Source of the DNA: Myxococcota bacterium
GTDB taxonomy: Bacteria; Myxococcota_A; UBA9160; UBA4427
Direction of reading: 5' to 3'
Length of the DNA: 56,096 nucleotides
NCBI GenBank assembly: GCA_046583195.1
Contig: JAYGCV010000090.1
Location: 1-56,096, forward strand
Within the stretch, counting starts at the first letter, position 1. Each line of letters starts with the position of its first letter. Below the pieces are notes generated by a model. The model was not told the origin of the DNA, searched no databases, and saw nothing but the letters and a program-made list of their open reading frames with translations. The translations under genes were made by a program, and so were the position numbers. This document shows, in pieces, positions 1 through 9,626 of the stretch.

Positions 1-1
1 T

Positions 2-1315
2 GTCGCAGGAGGCTGTGGAGCCTACCCGGCGGACGTCTACAGCCAAAACCCAGGCGCTAGCCTCAAATTCATATACGCCAGCAACCAGTGCAACAACGAT
101 CAACTCCTCCCGGAGGCCAACAGCGGACAGGGCCTGCCCCAGTGTGCCCAGTTCCAGCGGAAGCAGTTCGGAACTCCCTACGGGACGGTCGGAACTCCCT
201 ACGTTCCGGTCTACGCCCAGGGTGTCGGTCATCCCTTCACGGGCCAGCCCTGGTCGAACGAGATCGCGGCCTTTTCGTGGAACTTCCTGACGCTGCTGGT
301 GGCGGCGTCCGCCGAGTACCAGGACCTGAAAATCCCCCGGCGCATCGAGGAGATCCTCCCGAAGAATCCCTTCCCGGCCTTCGAGTTCCCGCAGAGCTAT
401 AAGCAGCCGCTGGCCTACGCGACCTTCGACCCCAACGATCCCGACAACGCCGCCGTGATCGCGCAGATTCGCGTGCTCGAGGCGCTCTCGCCCAACGAGG
501 ATCGCTTCGACCAGTTGCAGACACTGCGGCAAGAGCTGAATCCGATCTGCTCGTTCATCACCACCAAGACCTGCGGCACGGTGACGGCGCTGATGGGCCT
601 GGCCGGGCAGGGCCCGCCGGTGGTACGTGCGGGGGGCAACGGAACCTACGGCCGGCGCTGTGCGATCTGGTCCTGCGGTGGACAGATCACCCTCGACTAC
701 GACAAGCGCAACGTGCTCGGCTTCGGTGCGGACTACGCCGAGGACTACACGAAGTCGAACTGGGGTCTCGAGTGGACCTGGATTCCGGACGTGGCCTACG
801 GCGACTCGGCCTCCGAGAGCATGATCACGCGGGTCGACACCTTCAACCTGACACTCTCGGTGGATCGTCCGACCTTCATCAACTTCCTGAACCAGAACCG
901 GACCTTCTTCATCACGACCCAGTGGTTCTTCCAGTACATCGACGGCTACCGGCAGAGCTTCACTACACCGCGCGGTCCGTTCAACGTCCTGGGCATCCTC
1001 TTCATCCAGACGGGTTACTTCCAGGATCGCCTGCTGCCGAAGCTCACCCTGGTCTACGACGTAAAATCGGTCTCGGCGGCGGTCATCGCGGAGTTCACCT
1101 ATCGCTTCAGCGACACCTTCTCGATGGCCTTCGGGACGGCGTTCTTCATGGGCCGTGAGTTCCTCACCGACATGTCGGTGAACCCGCTGGCCTACGGAAA
1201 CCGGTGCAACTCGGACGAGTGCGGCGGGCACCCCTACAAAAACTCGACGACCCCGGGTCTCGGGATCGTTCGCGACCGCGACTCGGTCTTCTTCCGGCTC
1301 CGTTACACCTTCTAG
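2..1315 (+). CDS. DUF1302-like outer-membrane beta-barrel protein (5' partial)
   Basis: Frame is open from base 2 to TAG at 1313-1315. Alternating amphipathic beta-strands and a C-terminal barrel signal (VFFRLRYTF); adjacent to a DUF1329-like gene. Confidence 0.65.
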   Translation, partial: VAGGCGAYPADVYSQNPGASLKFIYASNQCNNDQLLPEANSGQGLPQCAQFQRKQFGTPYGTVGTPYVPVYAQGVGHPFTGQPWSNEIAAFSWNFLTLLVAASAEYQDLKIPRRIEEILPKNPFPAFEFPQSYKQPLAYATFDPNDPDNAAVIAQIRVLEALSPNEDRFDQLQTLRQELNPICSFITTKTCGTVTALMGLAGQGPPVVRAGGNGTYGRRCAIWSCGGQITLDYDKRNVLGFGADYAEDYTKSNWGLEWTWIPDVAYGDSASESMITRVDTFNLTLSVDRPTFINFLNQNRTFFITTQWFFQYIDGYRQSFTTPRGPFNVLGILFIQTGYFQDRLLPKLTLVYDVKSVSAAVIAEFTYRFSDTFSMAFGTAFFMGREFLTDMSVNPLAYGNRCNSDECGGHPYKNSTTPGLGIVRDRDSVFFRLRYTF

Positions 1316-1322
1316 CCAGCGG

Positions 1323-1349
1323 ACCGGGACGCCAAAACGACGTCCCGGT
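1323..1349. terminator. GC-rich hairpin between convergent genes, possible terminator
   Basis: ACCGGGACG (1323-1331) pairs with CGTCCCGGT (1341-1349); only a short T tail on +. Confidence 0.4.
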
Positions 1350-1359
1350 TTCCGTTGCT

Positions 1360-2859
1360 TCAGTGGTTGCGCATGAGTGCGTTGGCTGAACTCATGAAGC
1401 GGCGCTTGCTGGCGGAGAAGGGGATCGAGCGCAGGTCGAAGGACTCGCGCCGCCAGCCGCCGCGCCCGGCCAAGGCGTTGTAGAACGAGGCGGCCACCGG
1501 TTCGAAGATGGCGGCCTGCTTTCCGCCGGGCCAGTCGGGGTAGTCGAAGACGTCGCCGCTGAAGCGATGCGCGAGGATGCCGATATTGAGCAGGCGCCGA
1601 CGATCGGTTCGCGTGATCCAGTAGAGCGGCTGAAGCGTCTGGTAGTCGATGTAGATCGTGACCGTGCGTAGGGTCGAGTTGCGCTCGAGCAGGGCCCCCT
1701 CGATCACCACCGCCCGGCGCACGTCCCAGGTGTCCGATGCCAGCGAGAGGCCACTAAACCCGAAGTTCCGGTCGGGGCGCCCCGGGAAGCCGTCCTTCCG
1801 GAGATTGATCGGCGCGAGGATGTCTCGCTCCCCCTTGTAGCGCCAGACGTAGGCGTTGGGACGCAGCGAGATCCCGGTGAGACCGCGCTCGACGTGGACC
1901 GTGGTGGCACTGGATTGGCCGGCAGTGGGGTTGATCGAAGCCGAGCCGCCGCCCATGGGGTCGCCGAAGGCCATGCCGCCGCCGCCACTGTCGCCCGAGT
2001 AGCCATAGCTCGGGAAGTAGAGGCCATCGACATAGCCCGAGGAGGCGCGCCGCACTTTTCGCATGGTCGGCACGTAGACAAAGGTGTCGTCGGAGGTCTG
2101 CCAGGCTTCGCGAGAATCCGCTGGGCGCATCTGGCGCCAGGAGAGGAAGCGCGCGTCGAAGGGCTTCTTGAACTCGCCGCCTGCGATGAACGTGCGCTTG
2201 GAGCCCAGCTCGAGGTGATAGCCGTCGTCGGGGTGGTCCGAACGAGCGCTGGTCTGGAGCATGAAAAAGACGCCCTCGTAGGTCTGCGCGGTGCCGATCC
2301 GCGTGGGATAGTCGACGATCCGGAAGCGACCGGAGAAGCCCGCGCCGCGGAAGCGATTTTCGAGATTCCAGGCCCACTTCGTGGCGGCATCGGGCGACTT
2401 CGGGTCGATCCCAGCGGGGGGGAAGGGCACCCCAGCGGTGTAGCTCTCGAGGTTTCCGTCGGCGTCGAGCTTCGGCTGCCCGCTGAACTTCTGGGTGGCC
2501 GCCTCGTAGAAGCTGGGAATGGCATAGCGGCGGTGGCAGGGCCCGATCTCCATGCTCATGCCCTCGTGGAAGAAGACCTCGCGGTGCCTCCAGATCTCGG
2601 GCGGTAGCAGCGAGCGCAGCAGCAGCAGGTCCTCGGCGCGGATCTTCATCCCCGTCTTGATCAGGATCGGGGCGGCATCTACGTCGTCGGCGCCACGGCC
2701 GGGCACCCCGGTGACCGCCGGGCAATCGCCCTCGTCGGGGGGCACGGCGGCGGACTCGAGGGCCAGGGCGAAAACGGCGGCGAGGACAGCACCGGCGATG
2801 CCTTTGCCTCGCCCTGCGCGCGGCGTAGTTTCGTTCGGTCGGAGGCAGGGGCTTTGCAT
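1360..2859 (-). CDS. DUF1329-like periplasmic protein
   Basis: Signal-peptide-like N-terminus; motifs GVPFP...WAWN, FVYVPTMRKVRR and IYIDYQTL resemble DUF1329/LolA-like proteins. Confidence 0.7.
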   Translation of the reverse strand: MQSPCLRPNETTPRAGRGKGIAGAVLAAVFALALESAAVPPDEGDCPAVTGVPGRGADDVDAAPILIKTGMKIRAEDLLLLRSLLPPEIWRHREVFFHEGMSMEIGPCHRRYAIPSFYEAATQKFSGQPKLDADGNLESYTAGVPFPPAGIDPKSPDAATKWAWNLENRFRGAGFSGRFRIVDYPTRIGTAQTYEGVFFMLQTSARSDHPDDGYHLELGSKRTFIAGGEFKKPFDARFLSWRQMRPADSREAWQTSDDTFVYVPTMRKVRRASSGYVDGLYFPSYGYSGDSGGGGMAFGDPMGGGSASINPTAGQSSATTVHVERGLTGISLRPNAYVWRYKGERDILAPINLRKDGFPGRPDRNFGFSGLSLASDTWDVRRAVVIEGALLERNSTLRTVTIYIDYQTLQPLYWITRTDRRRLLNIGILAHRFSGDVFDYPDWPGGKQAAIFEPVAASFYNALAGRGGWRRESFDLRSIPFSASKRRFMSSANALMRNH

Positions 2860-2921
2860 TTCGGCGGGATCATAACACTGGCCCCTTGTGGATCCCGGTG
2901 CGAGCGTGCGACCCTCGCCAC

Positions 2922-3701
2922 GTGTCCGATCGACTCCGCATCCATGTCGAGCCCCTGCTGCGCGACTCGGCCCTCGTCCTCGCCTTCAGTGGCTGGAACG
3001 ACGCGGGGGAGTCGGCCACGTCGGCGCTCGAATTTCTCGACCACGCGATCCAGTCAGTCCCGCTTGCGGACATCGATCCCGACGAGTTCTACGATTTCGT
3101 CCTGCGCCGCCCCGATGTCGCCATCGGCGAGGATGGCGTGCGGCGCATCGAGTGGCCGGGCTTCGGCTTTCGCTACGGCTCGGTCGATTCCACGCGCGAA
3201 CTGGTGACGGGTCTCGGCGCGGAGCCCAACCTGCGCTGGTCGGCCTTCAGCGACAGCGTCGTCGATCTCTGCAGCCAACTGGGGATTGGGCGCGTCGTGT
3301 TGATGGGGGCTTATCTCGCCGACGTCGTCTACAGCCGCCCCGTCCAGGTGACGGGCTCGGCCAGCGATTCGGAGGTGCTGGCGAAGAGCGGCATCGTCGA
3401 GTCGGGTTACGAGGGGCCAACGGGGATCGTCGGCGTGCTGGCGGATCGGTTGGTCCGAGAGGGGGCGTCGGTGCTCAGCCTGTGGGCGGGTTTGCCGCAC
3501 TACATCGAGGCCTCGCCCAACCCGCGCGGCTCGTTGGCGTTGATCCAGGCACTTTCGCAGCACCTCGGCGTGGTGATCGACGACGGTCCCCTGCGCAAAC
3601 GTGCGGCGGAGTTCGAACAGAAGATTGCCGAGACGGTGGCCGACGATTCCGAACTCGCCGACTACGTCAAGCAACTCAAGCGCCGCGACTTCGCGCAGTA
3701 G
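2922..3701 (+). CDS. PAC2 family (proteasome assembly chaperone-like) protein
   Basis: AFSGWNDAGESA, DPDEFYDF..RP, GAEPNLRW, SGYEGPTGIVG and WAGLPHY motifs; GTG start at 2922 inferred. Confidence 0.85.
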   Translation: MSDRLRIHVEPLLRDSALVLAFSGWNDAGESATSALEFLDHAIQSVPLADIDPDEFYDFVLRRPDVAIGEDGVRRIEWPGFGFRYGSVDSTRELVTGLGAEPNLRWSAFSDSVVDLCSQLGIGRVVLMGAYLADVVYSRPVQVTGSASDSEVLAKSGIVESGYEGPTGIVGVLADRLVREGASVLSLWAGLPHYIEASPNPRGSLALIQALSQHLGVVIDDGPLRKRAAEFEQKIAETVADDSELADYVKQLKRRDFAQ

Positions 3702-3813
3702 CGTCCCCGGGAGCGTGTCGTTGGTTGCAGGCGGCCACGGTCCGGGCTACGCAATTCGGGCTTCGAAAAGACCCGCGAGTCTTCTGCCCGGGTCTTCTGC
3801 CTGGCCCCGGGCG

Positions 3814-4065
3814 CTAGTCGATCTCGATTGACTCTTCGATCAACATCACCGGGATGTCGTCCTCGACGAGGTAGAGGATGCGGCCGTCCTCGCGCAGCAG
3901 GCCCTCGGTGATGGGCCCCCCGACGACGTCGCCGCCGCGGTTGCGCAGTTGGCCGGCCTGCGCCGCCTGGTTCAGGCGCTCCAGCAGCTCGGCATCGGCC
4001 AGGGCAACCGGCTGGCGCGTTTCCGGGCAGACCAGGATTTCGAGTAGGGCGCTTTCGACGGCCAT
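3814..4065 (-). CDS. Trm112 family protein
   Basis: MAVESALLEILVCPETRQPV...YLVEDDIPVMLIEE; ATG at 4065 with an upstream GGAGG. Confidence 0.85.
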   Translation of the reverse strand: MAVESALLEILVCPETRQPVALADAELLERLNQAAQAGQLRNRGGDVVGGPITEGLLREDGRILYLVEDDIPVMLIEESIEID

Positions 4066-4476
4066 CGGGTTCCTCCAGCGCGGACAGGCGGTGTCCGGGC
4101 GGTAGCGGGACTTCCGTGGGGCGGAAAATTCAAGGTATGGATTCCGCCTCGAAACGCAAGCTCCGCAGGAGGGGCGCTCTGGGCGCGTTCGAGTTCGGCT
4201 CGGTCCCGTGCAACGATTCGCTGCGCCGCTGGAGCCCACTTCCCAGGCCCAATTCCTTGACGGTCCAAGGCCGAAAAGGCTACCAACGGGCCGCCCGAGA
4301 TGGCTTTCCGAGGCGGGGTTCTGTGCCTCGTGCGCCGCGAGTGCCGCCCAGGGGGGACCGCGGACGCAGCAGTCACCTCGGGTGCCAACCGCGATGAAAG
4401 CGGATTCGACCGAGCGGTCGCGCGAGGCGAATCGGGCCGAATGAATCCGACCCACCGGGGAGACTCGAAGAAGTCG

Positions 4477-5229
4477 ATGCGAAGCGCAGGCACAACACGC
4501 GGAACGCGGCGGGGCAAGGCCGTGGTCGCCGTTGCGGCGGGAGTCCTCGCGGCCGGTGTATGGGGCGCCCTGCAAGCCTCCGCGCGCGAGGCCGAGCCCA
4601 CCGGCACTCCGCAAGTTGCGACCAGCGTCTGTGATGCCCAGCGCCTGAAGGCGTTGAAGGAGCAGGATCCCCACCTGTCCATCGAGATTCCCGCCGAGTT
4701 CAACCAGCAGTGGCCCTCGCTCGCGGCCTGCGAGTCGCACGAGGCGGCCTGGGACCCGGATGCGCCGGGCCCGATCCAGCCGATTCCCTTCAGCCACAAG
4801 CACCACGCGGGCGAGTTCGGCATCGACTGCCAGTACTGCCATTCGGGGACCGATCGCTCGCGCGCCGCCGGCGTGCCCTCGGTCCAGGTCTGCATGGGTT
4901 GTCACTCCCAGTTCCCGGCCAGCTACGACGAACTCGAGGGGATCCAGATCCTCAAGCAACATTGGGAAGAGCAGAAGCCCATCGAGTGGAACCAGATCTA
5001 CCGCCTGCCCGAGCACGTGAAGTTCCGGCACAACCGCCACGTCGCCGCGGGCATCGACTGCCAGCGCTGCCACGGCCCGGTGGAGAAGATCGACAAGCTC
5101 TACCTCGTGCCCGACACCTTCTGGTGGTACGGCGTACCGGTGAAGAAGCCGGAAATGGGCTGGTGCATCGAGTGCCACCGCCAGAACGATCAACAGGCTT
5201 CGCAGGACTGCCTGACTTGTCACTACTAA
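4477..5229 (+). CDS. actA: Alternative complex III pentaheme cytochrome c subunit
   Basis: N-terminal TM helix, QPIPFSHKHHAG, five CxxCH (CQYCH, CMGCH, CQRCH, CIECH, CLTCH); first gene of the act operon. The start could also be 4441. Confidence 0.9.
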   Translation: MRSAGTTRGTRRGKAVVAVAAGVLAAGVWGALQASAREAEPTGTPQVATSVCDAQRLKALKEQDPHLSIEIPAEFNQQWPSLAACESHEAAWDPDAPGPIQPIPFSHKHHAGEFGIDCQYCHSGTDRSRAAGVPSVQVCMGCHSQFPASYDELEGIQILKQHWEEQKPIEWNQIYRLPEHVKFRHNRHVAAGIDCQRCHGPVEKIDKLYLVPDTFWWYGVPVKKPEMGWCIECHRQNDQQASQDCLTCHY

Positions 5230-5259
5230 GACCCTCGCGCAGCGCGAGAGGATGGACCC

Positions 5260-8200
5260 ATGCCTGAACTCAATCGTCGTCATTTCATCAAGCTCGTCGG
5301 CCTCTCGGCCGGCGCGGCGGCGGCGGCGGGTTGTGCAGACCCGGTCGAGAAGCTCGTCCCCTACGTGATCCAGCCCGAGGTGATCACTCCGGGTATCGCG
5401 GTGGAGTACGCCTCGACCTGCACCGAGTGCCCGACCGGCTGCGGTCTGCGCGTGCGCACCCGCGAGGCCCGTCCGATCAAGCTCGACGGCAACCCCGAGC
5501 ACCCGATCAACGCCGGCGCTCTGTGCCCGCGCGGCCAGGCCGCGATCGCGCGCCCCTATCTGCCCCAACGCTTCGACGGTCCGCGCCGCCAGGGACGCGA
5601 CGGCAACTCCCAGCCGGTCCCCTGGCAGGAAGCACTCGCCGCCGTGGGGGCGAAGATCCAGGCCGACGGCGCACGCACCGCCATCCTCGGAGGCCAGGTC
5701 GGCCCGACTCTTTCGGGAGTGATCGACGGCTTCGCAGCAGGCGTGGGCGGTGCCGAGCGCGTGGTCTACGAGCCCTTTGCCTACGAAGCGCTGCGCGAAG
5801 CCTCCGAGTGGGTTTTTGGTTTGCGCGCGATCCCGGTCTTTGATCTCACCGAGACCGATCTGATCGTCGACTTCGGTTCGAACTTCATGGAGGGCGGGCC
5901 CTCACCGGTCGAATTGATGCGCCAATTCGCCGCGGCTCGCGACCTTGCGAAGCACCCGAACGGCGGCGCGCGGCTGGTTTCGATCTCGCCGCGGCTGACG
6001 CTCACCGGGGCCAACGCCGACGAGTGGCTGGCACCGAAGCCGGGCTCCGAGGGGCCCCTCGCCCTGGCGCTGGCCGCCATCCTGCACCGCGGGGGCATGC
6101 GCGCGGGCGGCGACACCGCTGCTGTGGCGCAACTCCTTTCGGGTGTCGATGCGAAGGCCGTGGCCGCCGAAGCGGGCCTCGAAGCCGGCCAACTCGAAGG
6201 CCTCGCCAATCGTCTCGCCCACGCGAAGAATGCGGTGGCGCTGCCCCCGGGCGTGGCCGCAACCACCGCGAACGCGACCTCCGCTGCAGCCGCGGTGCTG
6301 CTCCTCAATGCCATCCTCGGTGCCAACGGCCGGGCGATGACGCTGCCCGCCAGCGACGTAGCGGGTGCCCCGGCGCCGCTTTCCGAGGTGCTGGCGCTGG
6401 TCGAGAAGATGAAGGCCGGCGCGATCGACGTGCTGGTGATCCATGACGCCAACCCGATCTACTCGCTGCCGGCCTCCGCCGGTTTCGAGGCGGCTCTCGC
6501 CAAGGTGGGAACGGTGGTTTCCACCGCGACGTTGCCCGACGAGACCTCGGTGAAGGCCGACTGGGTCCTGCCCCAAAGCGCCTCGCTCGAATCCTGGGGC
6601 GACGCCGAGCCGCGCCCGGGGATTCGCTCGATCCAGCAGCCGACCCTGCGTCCGCTCCACGACACCCTCGAGTTGGGGGATCTCTTCCTCGAACTGGGCC
6701 GTGCTGCCGGCGCCAGCGACACGCCCGAGGGCTCGTTCCGCGAGGTGGTGCAGGCCGCCTGGTCCGACACCGATTTCCGGCGCGCCCTCGCGAAGGGCGG
6801 CGTCTTCAACGCGGCGGCTCCGGCCAACGTGAGCGTGGGTGCGGGCGTCTCGAAGATCGAGGCCCGCTTCCCGAAGCTCGCGGGCCCGGGCGAGTTCGCG
6901 CTGGTGACCTTCCCGCATGCCTACCAGGGCGATGGTTCCTCCTCGGATCTGCCCTGGGCCCAGGAAACACCCGACCCCACCACGAAGCTTTCGTGGTCGT
7001 CCTGGGTCGAGATGAGCCTCGCCACCGCCGAGAAGCTCGGCGTGACCTTCGGCGACGCCGTGAGCGTCGAGACCCCGAACGGAAACGTCGAGGTTTCGGT
7101 CTTCCCGCGCGGCGGCATCCGCGACGACGTGATCGCCATCCCCATGGGCGGGGGCCATACCGAAAGCCACTACGGCTCGCTCGCCGGGGACGGCTTCGAG
7201 GGCGTGGCTCGCGGCGTCAACGCGATTTCGCTGCTCTCTGCAGACGCGGGCGCCACCGGCGGCCGGGTCTGGCTCGGCAGCAACGCCAGCGTGCGCCGCA
7301 CCGGCCGCTTTCAGCGCTTGGCACTTTCCCAGTGGACCGACAACCAGCGCGGGCGCGGTTTCGCCCAGAAGATCTCGCTGGCGGCGCTCGCCGCCAACGG
7401 TCACAACGGGGCCGACGGCGGCGAAGCCCACGAGGGTGGCAACGAATTTGCATTGCCCTACGACCCGGCGAACGATGCCTCTCCCGAGAGCGAATACCGC
7501 TGGGGCATGACCATCGACACCGATCGCTGCACCGGCTGCAGTGCTTGCGTCGTGGCCTGCTCGATCGAGAACAACGTGCCGATCGTCGGCGAGGAACAGG
7601 CGATCCGCCACCGCGAGATGTCCTGGCTGCGCATCGACCGCTTCATCGGAGACGGCGACTCCGAGGGCGGCGAAGCGCGCCGTCCCTTCCCCGACCGCGA
7701 GCGTGTCGGCGAAACCGATGTGCGTCACTCGCCGATGCTCTGCCAGCAGTGTGGCGCCGCACCCTGCGAATCCGTCTGCCCGCCGATTGCGACCTACCAC
7801 TCGGACGAGGGCATCAACGCGATGGTCTACAACCGCTGCATCGGCACGCGGTACTGCGCCAACAACTGCACCTACGACGTGCGGCGCTTCAACTACTTCG
7901 ACTACGGCCGCGAGAACTGGCCCGGCAACCTTCCCTTCATGCTCAACCCCGACGTCACGGCGCGCGGTCAGGGCGTGATGGAGAAGTGCATGTTCTGCGT
8001 CCAGCGGATCAACGGCGCGCGTCAGATCGCGAAGAACGAGGGTCGCCCGATTGCAGACGGCGAGGTGGTGACGGCTTGCCAGCAGGCCTGCCCGACCCAG
8101 GCGATCCACTTCGGCAACACCAAGGACAAGCAGAGCGAAGTCGTGAAACAGGCCGACGACGAGGCCCGTAAGTACATCGCACTGCACGAGCTCAATACCC

Positions 8201-8262
8201 GACCCGCCGTCACCTACCTGGCCGCGGTCGATCGCAGCGACGACGAGAGGTCTCACGGATGA
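5260..8262 (+). CDS. actB: Alternative complex III molybdopterin-oxidoreductase-like / Fe-S subunit
   Basis: Tat signal NRRHFIK and lipobox AAGC; molybdopterin-oxidoreductase-like domain fused to a Fe-S domain (CTGCSACVVAC, CQQC..PCESVCP, CIGTRYCANNC, EKCMFC..ACQQACP). Confidence 0.92.
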   Translation: MPELNRRHFIKLVGLSAGAAAAAGCADPVEKLVPYVIQPEVITPGIAVEYASTCTECPTGCGLRVRTREARPIKLDGNPEHPINAGALCPRGQAAIARPYLPQRFDGPRRQGRDGNSQPVPWQEALAAVGAKIQADGARTAILGGQVGPTLSGVIDGFAAGVGGAERVVYEPFAYEALREASEWVFGLRAIPVFDLTETDLIVDFGSNFMEGGPSPVELMRQFAAARDLAKHPNGGARLVSISPRLTLTGANADEWLAPKPGSEGPLALALAAILHRGGMRAGGDTAAVAQLLSGVDAKAVAAEAGLEAGQLEGLANRLAHAKNAVALPPGVAATTANATSAAAAVLLLNAILGANGRAMTLPASDVAGAPAPLSEVLALVEKMKAGAIDVLVIHDANPIYSLPASAGFEAALAKVGTVVSTATLPDETSVKADWVLPQSASLESWGDAEPRPGIRSIQQPTLRPLHDTLELGDLFLELGRAAGASDTPEGSFREVVQAAWSDTDFRRALAKGGVFNAAAPANVSVGAGVSKIEARFPKLAGPGEFALVTFPHAYQGDGSSSDLPWAQETPDPTTKLSWSSWVEMSLATAEKLGVTFGDAVSVETPNGNVEVSVFPRGGIRDDVIAIPMGGGHTESHYGSLAGDGFEGVARGVNAISLLSADAGATGGRVWLGSNASVRRTGRFQRLALSQWTDNQRGRGFAQKISLAALAANGHNGADGGEAHEGGNEFALPYDPANDASPESEYRWGMTIDTDRCTGCSACVVACSIENNVPIVGEEQAIRHREMSWLRIDRFIGDGDSEGGEARRPFPDRERVGETDVRHSPMLCQQCGAAPCESVCPPIATYHSDEGINAMVYNRCIGTRYCANNCTYDVRRFNYFDYGRENWPGNLPFMLNPDVTARGQGVMEKCMFCVQRINGARQIAKNEGRPIADGEVVTACQQACPTQAIHFGNTKDKQSEVVKQADDEARKYIALHELNTRPAVTYLAAVDRSDDERSHG

Positions 8263-9626
8263 CGCCTCCGCCTCCCGGAGCCGAGGCTTTGGCGCTGCCG
8301 GCGCCGAAGGATTCGATCTACAACCGCGACATCATGGCGGTCACGAAGGGTTTCTCCCTCAAGTGGCTGGCGCTCGTGCTGCTCGCGCTCGGCGGACTGC
8401 TGCAGGCGGTCGGAGTCTTCGCCTACCAGACCTACACAGGGCTCGGCGTGGCGGGCTACCAGGCGCCGGTCTTCTGGGGCGTCTACATCATCACCTTCGT
8501 GTTCTGGATCGGCATCGGCCACGCGGGCACGCTGATCTCGGCGATCCTATTCCTGTTCCGCGCGAAGTGGCGCAACGCGATCAACCGCGGCGCCGAGGCG
8601 ATGACGGTCTTCGCGGTGCTCACCGCGGCGCTCTTCCCGTTGATCCACATTGGGCGGCTCTGGAAGTTCTATTTCATGATCCCCTACCCGAATCAGCGGG
8701 GCCTGTGGGTCAACTTCAAGAGCCCGCTGCTCTGGGATCTCTTCGCGATCAACACCTACCTCACGATTTCGGTGGTGTTCTTCTTCGTGGGCCTGATCCC
8801 CGATCTCGCCATCGCACGCGACCGCGCGCCGAACGGCATCAAGAAGCTGCTCTACACCGTGCTCTCGCTGGGTTGGCAGGGCACGGGGCGCCAGTGGAAG
8901 GCTCACAGCCGCACGGTGCTCCACCTCTCGGGCCTGGCGACGCCGCTGGTGCTGTCGGTGCACTCGGTGGTTTCGTGGGACTTCGCCATGTCGGTTTTGC
9001 CCGGCTGGCACGCCACCATCTTTGCCCCCTACTTCGTGGCGGGCGCGATCTTCGGTGGCTTCGCGATGGTGCTCACCCTGATGATCCCGGTGCGACGGAT
9101 CTGGGGTCTCGAGCACATCATCACCGACTATCACTTCGAGAACATGTCGAGGTTCATTCTGTTCACCTCTTGGATCGTCGGCTACGCCTACACCATGGAG
9201 TACTTCATCGCCTGGTACAGCGGCGTCGAGTGGGAGCAGACCTCGTTCTTCCTGCGCGCCTTCGGGCCCTATTGGCTCTCCACCTGGATCATGATCTTCT
9301 GCAACGTGGTGGCGCCCCAGGTGCTGTGGTTCAAGAGTTGTCGCACCAATGTGCACCTGCTCTTCGTGCTCTCGGTGATCATCAACATCGGCATGTGGTT
9401 CGAGCGCTACGTGATCATCATCACGTCTCTGTCTCGCGACTTCGTGCCGGCCGCGTGGGGTATCTACATCCCGAGCCCGGTCGAACTCTCAATTTTGGTG
9501 GGTAGCTTCAGCTTCTTTTCCCTGCTCTTCCTGCTCTTCCTGAAGGTGTTCCCGGTGATCGCGATCACCGAGGTGAAGGAACTCGCGATCCATGCCCGGG
9601 ATCACGCACACGGGGGGGCGCACTGA
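8259..9626 (+). CDS. actC: Alternative complex III NrfD-family quinol-binding subunit
   Basis: FVFWIGIGHAGTLISAIL, SPLLWD, PLVLSVHSVVS and GMWFERYVII motifs; polytopic membrane protein. Confidence 0.93.
   Translation: MTPPPPGAEALALPAPKDSIYNRDIMAVTKGFSLKWLALVLLALGGLLQAVGVFAYQTYTGLGVAGYQAPVFWGVYIITFVFWIGIGHAGTLISAILFLFRAKWRNAINRGAEAMTVFAVLTAALFPLIHIGRLWKFYFMIPYPNQRGLWVNFKSPLLWDLFAINTYLTISVVFFFVGLIPDLAIARDRAPNGIKKLLYTVLSLGWQGTGRQWKAHSRTVLHLSGLATPLVLSVHSVVSWDFAMSVLPGWHATIFAPYFVAGAIFGGFAMVLTLMIPVRRIWGLEHIITDYHFENMSRFILFTSWIVGYAYTMEYFIAWYSGVEWEQTSFFLRAFGPYWLSTWIMIFCNVVAPQVLWFKSCRTNVHLLFVLSVIINIGMWFERYVIIITSLSRDFVPAAWGIYIPSPVELSILVGSFSFFSLLFLLFLKVFPVIAITEVKELAIHARDHAHGGAH

Noticed and set aside
168-203. 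15-bp direct repeat TCGGAACTCCCTACG with a 21-bp period
   Set aside because: Only two copies, in frame within a CDS (GTPY twice); not a CRISPR array or regulatory repeat.
4255-4286. TTGACG-N18-TACCAA possible promoter and short CCTTG/CAAGG symmetry upstream of actA
   Set aside because: The -10 match is weak and the symmetry short; cannot be supported without TSS data.
3814-8256. Long antisense ORFs (584 aa and 784 aa) and many similar shadow ORFs across the window
   Set aside because: Expected artefacts of high-GC codon bias opposite real genes; only the Trm112 portion at 3814-4065 is credible.
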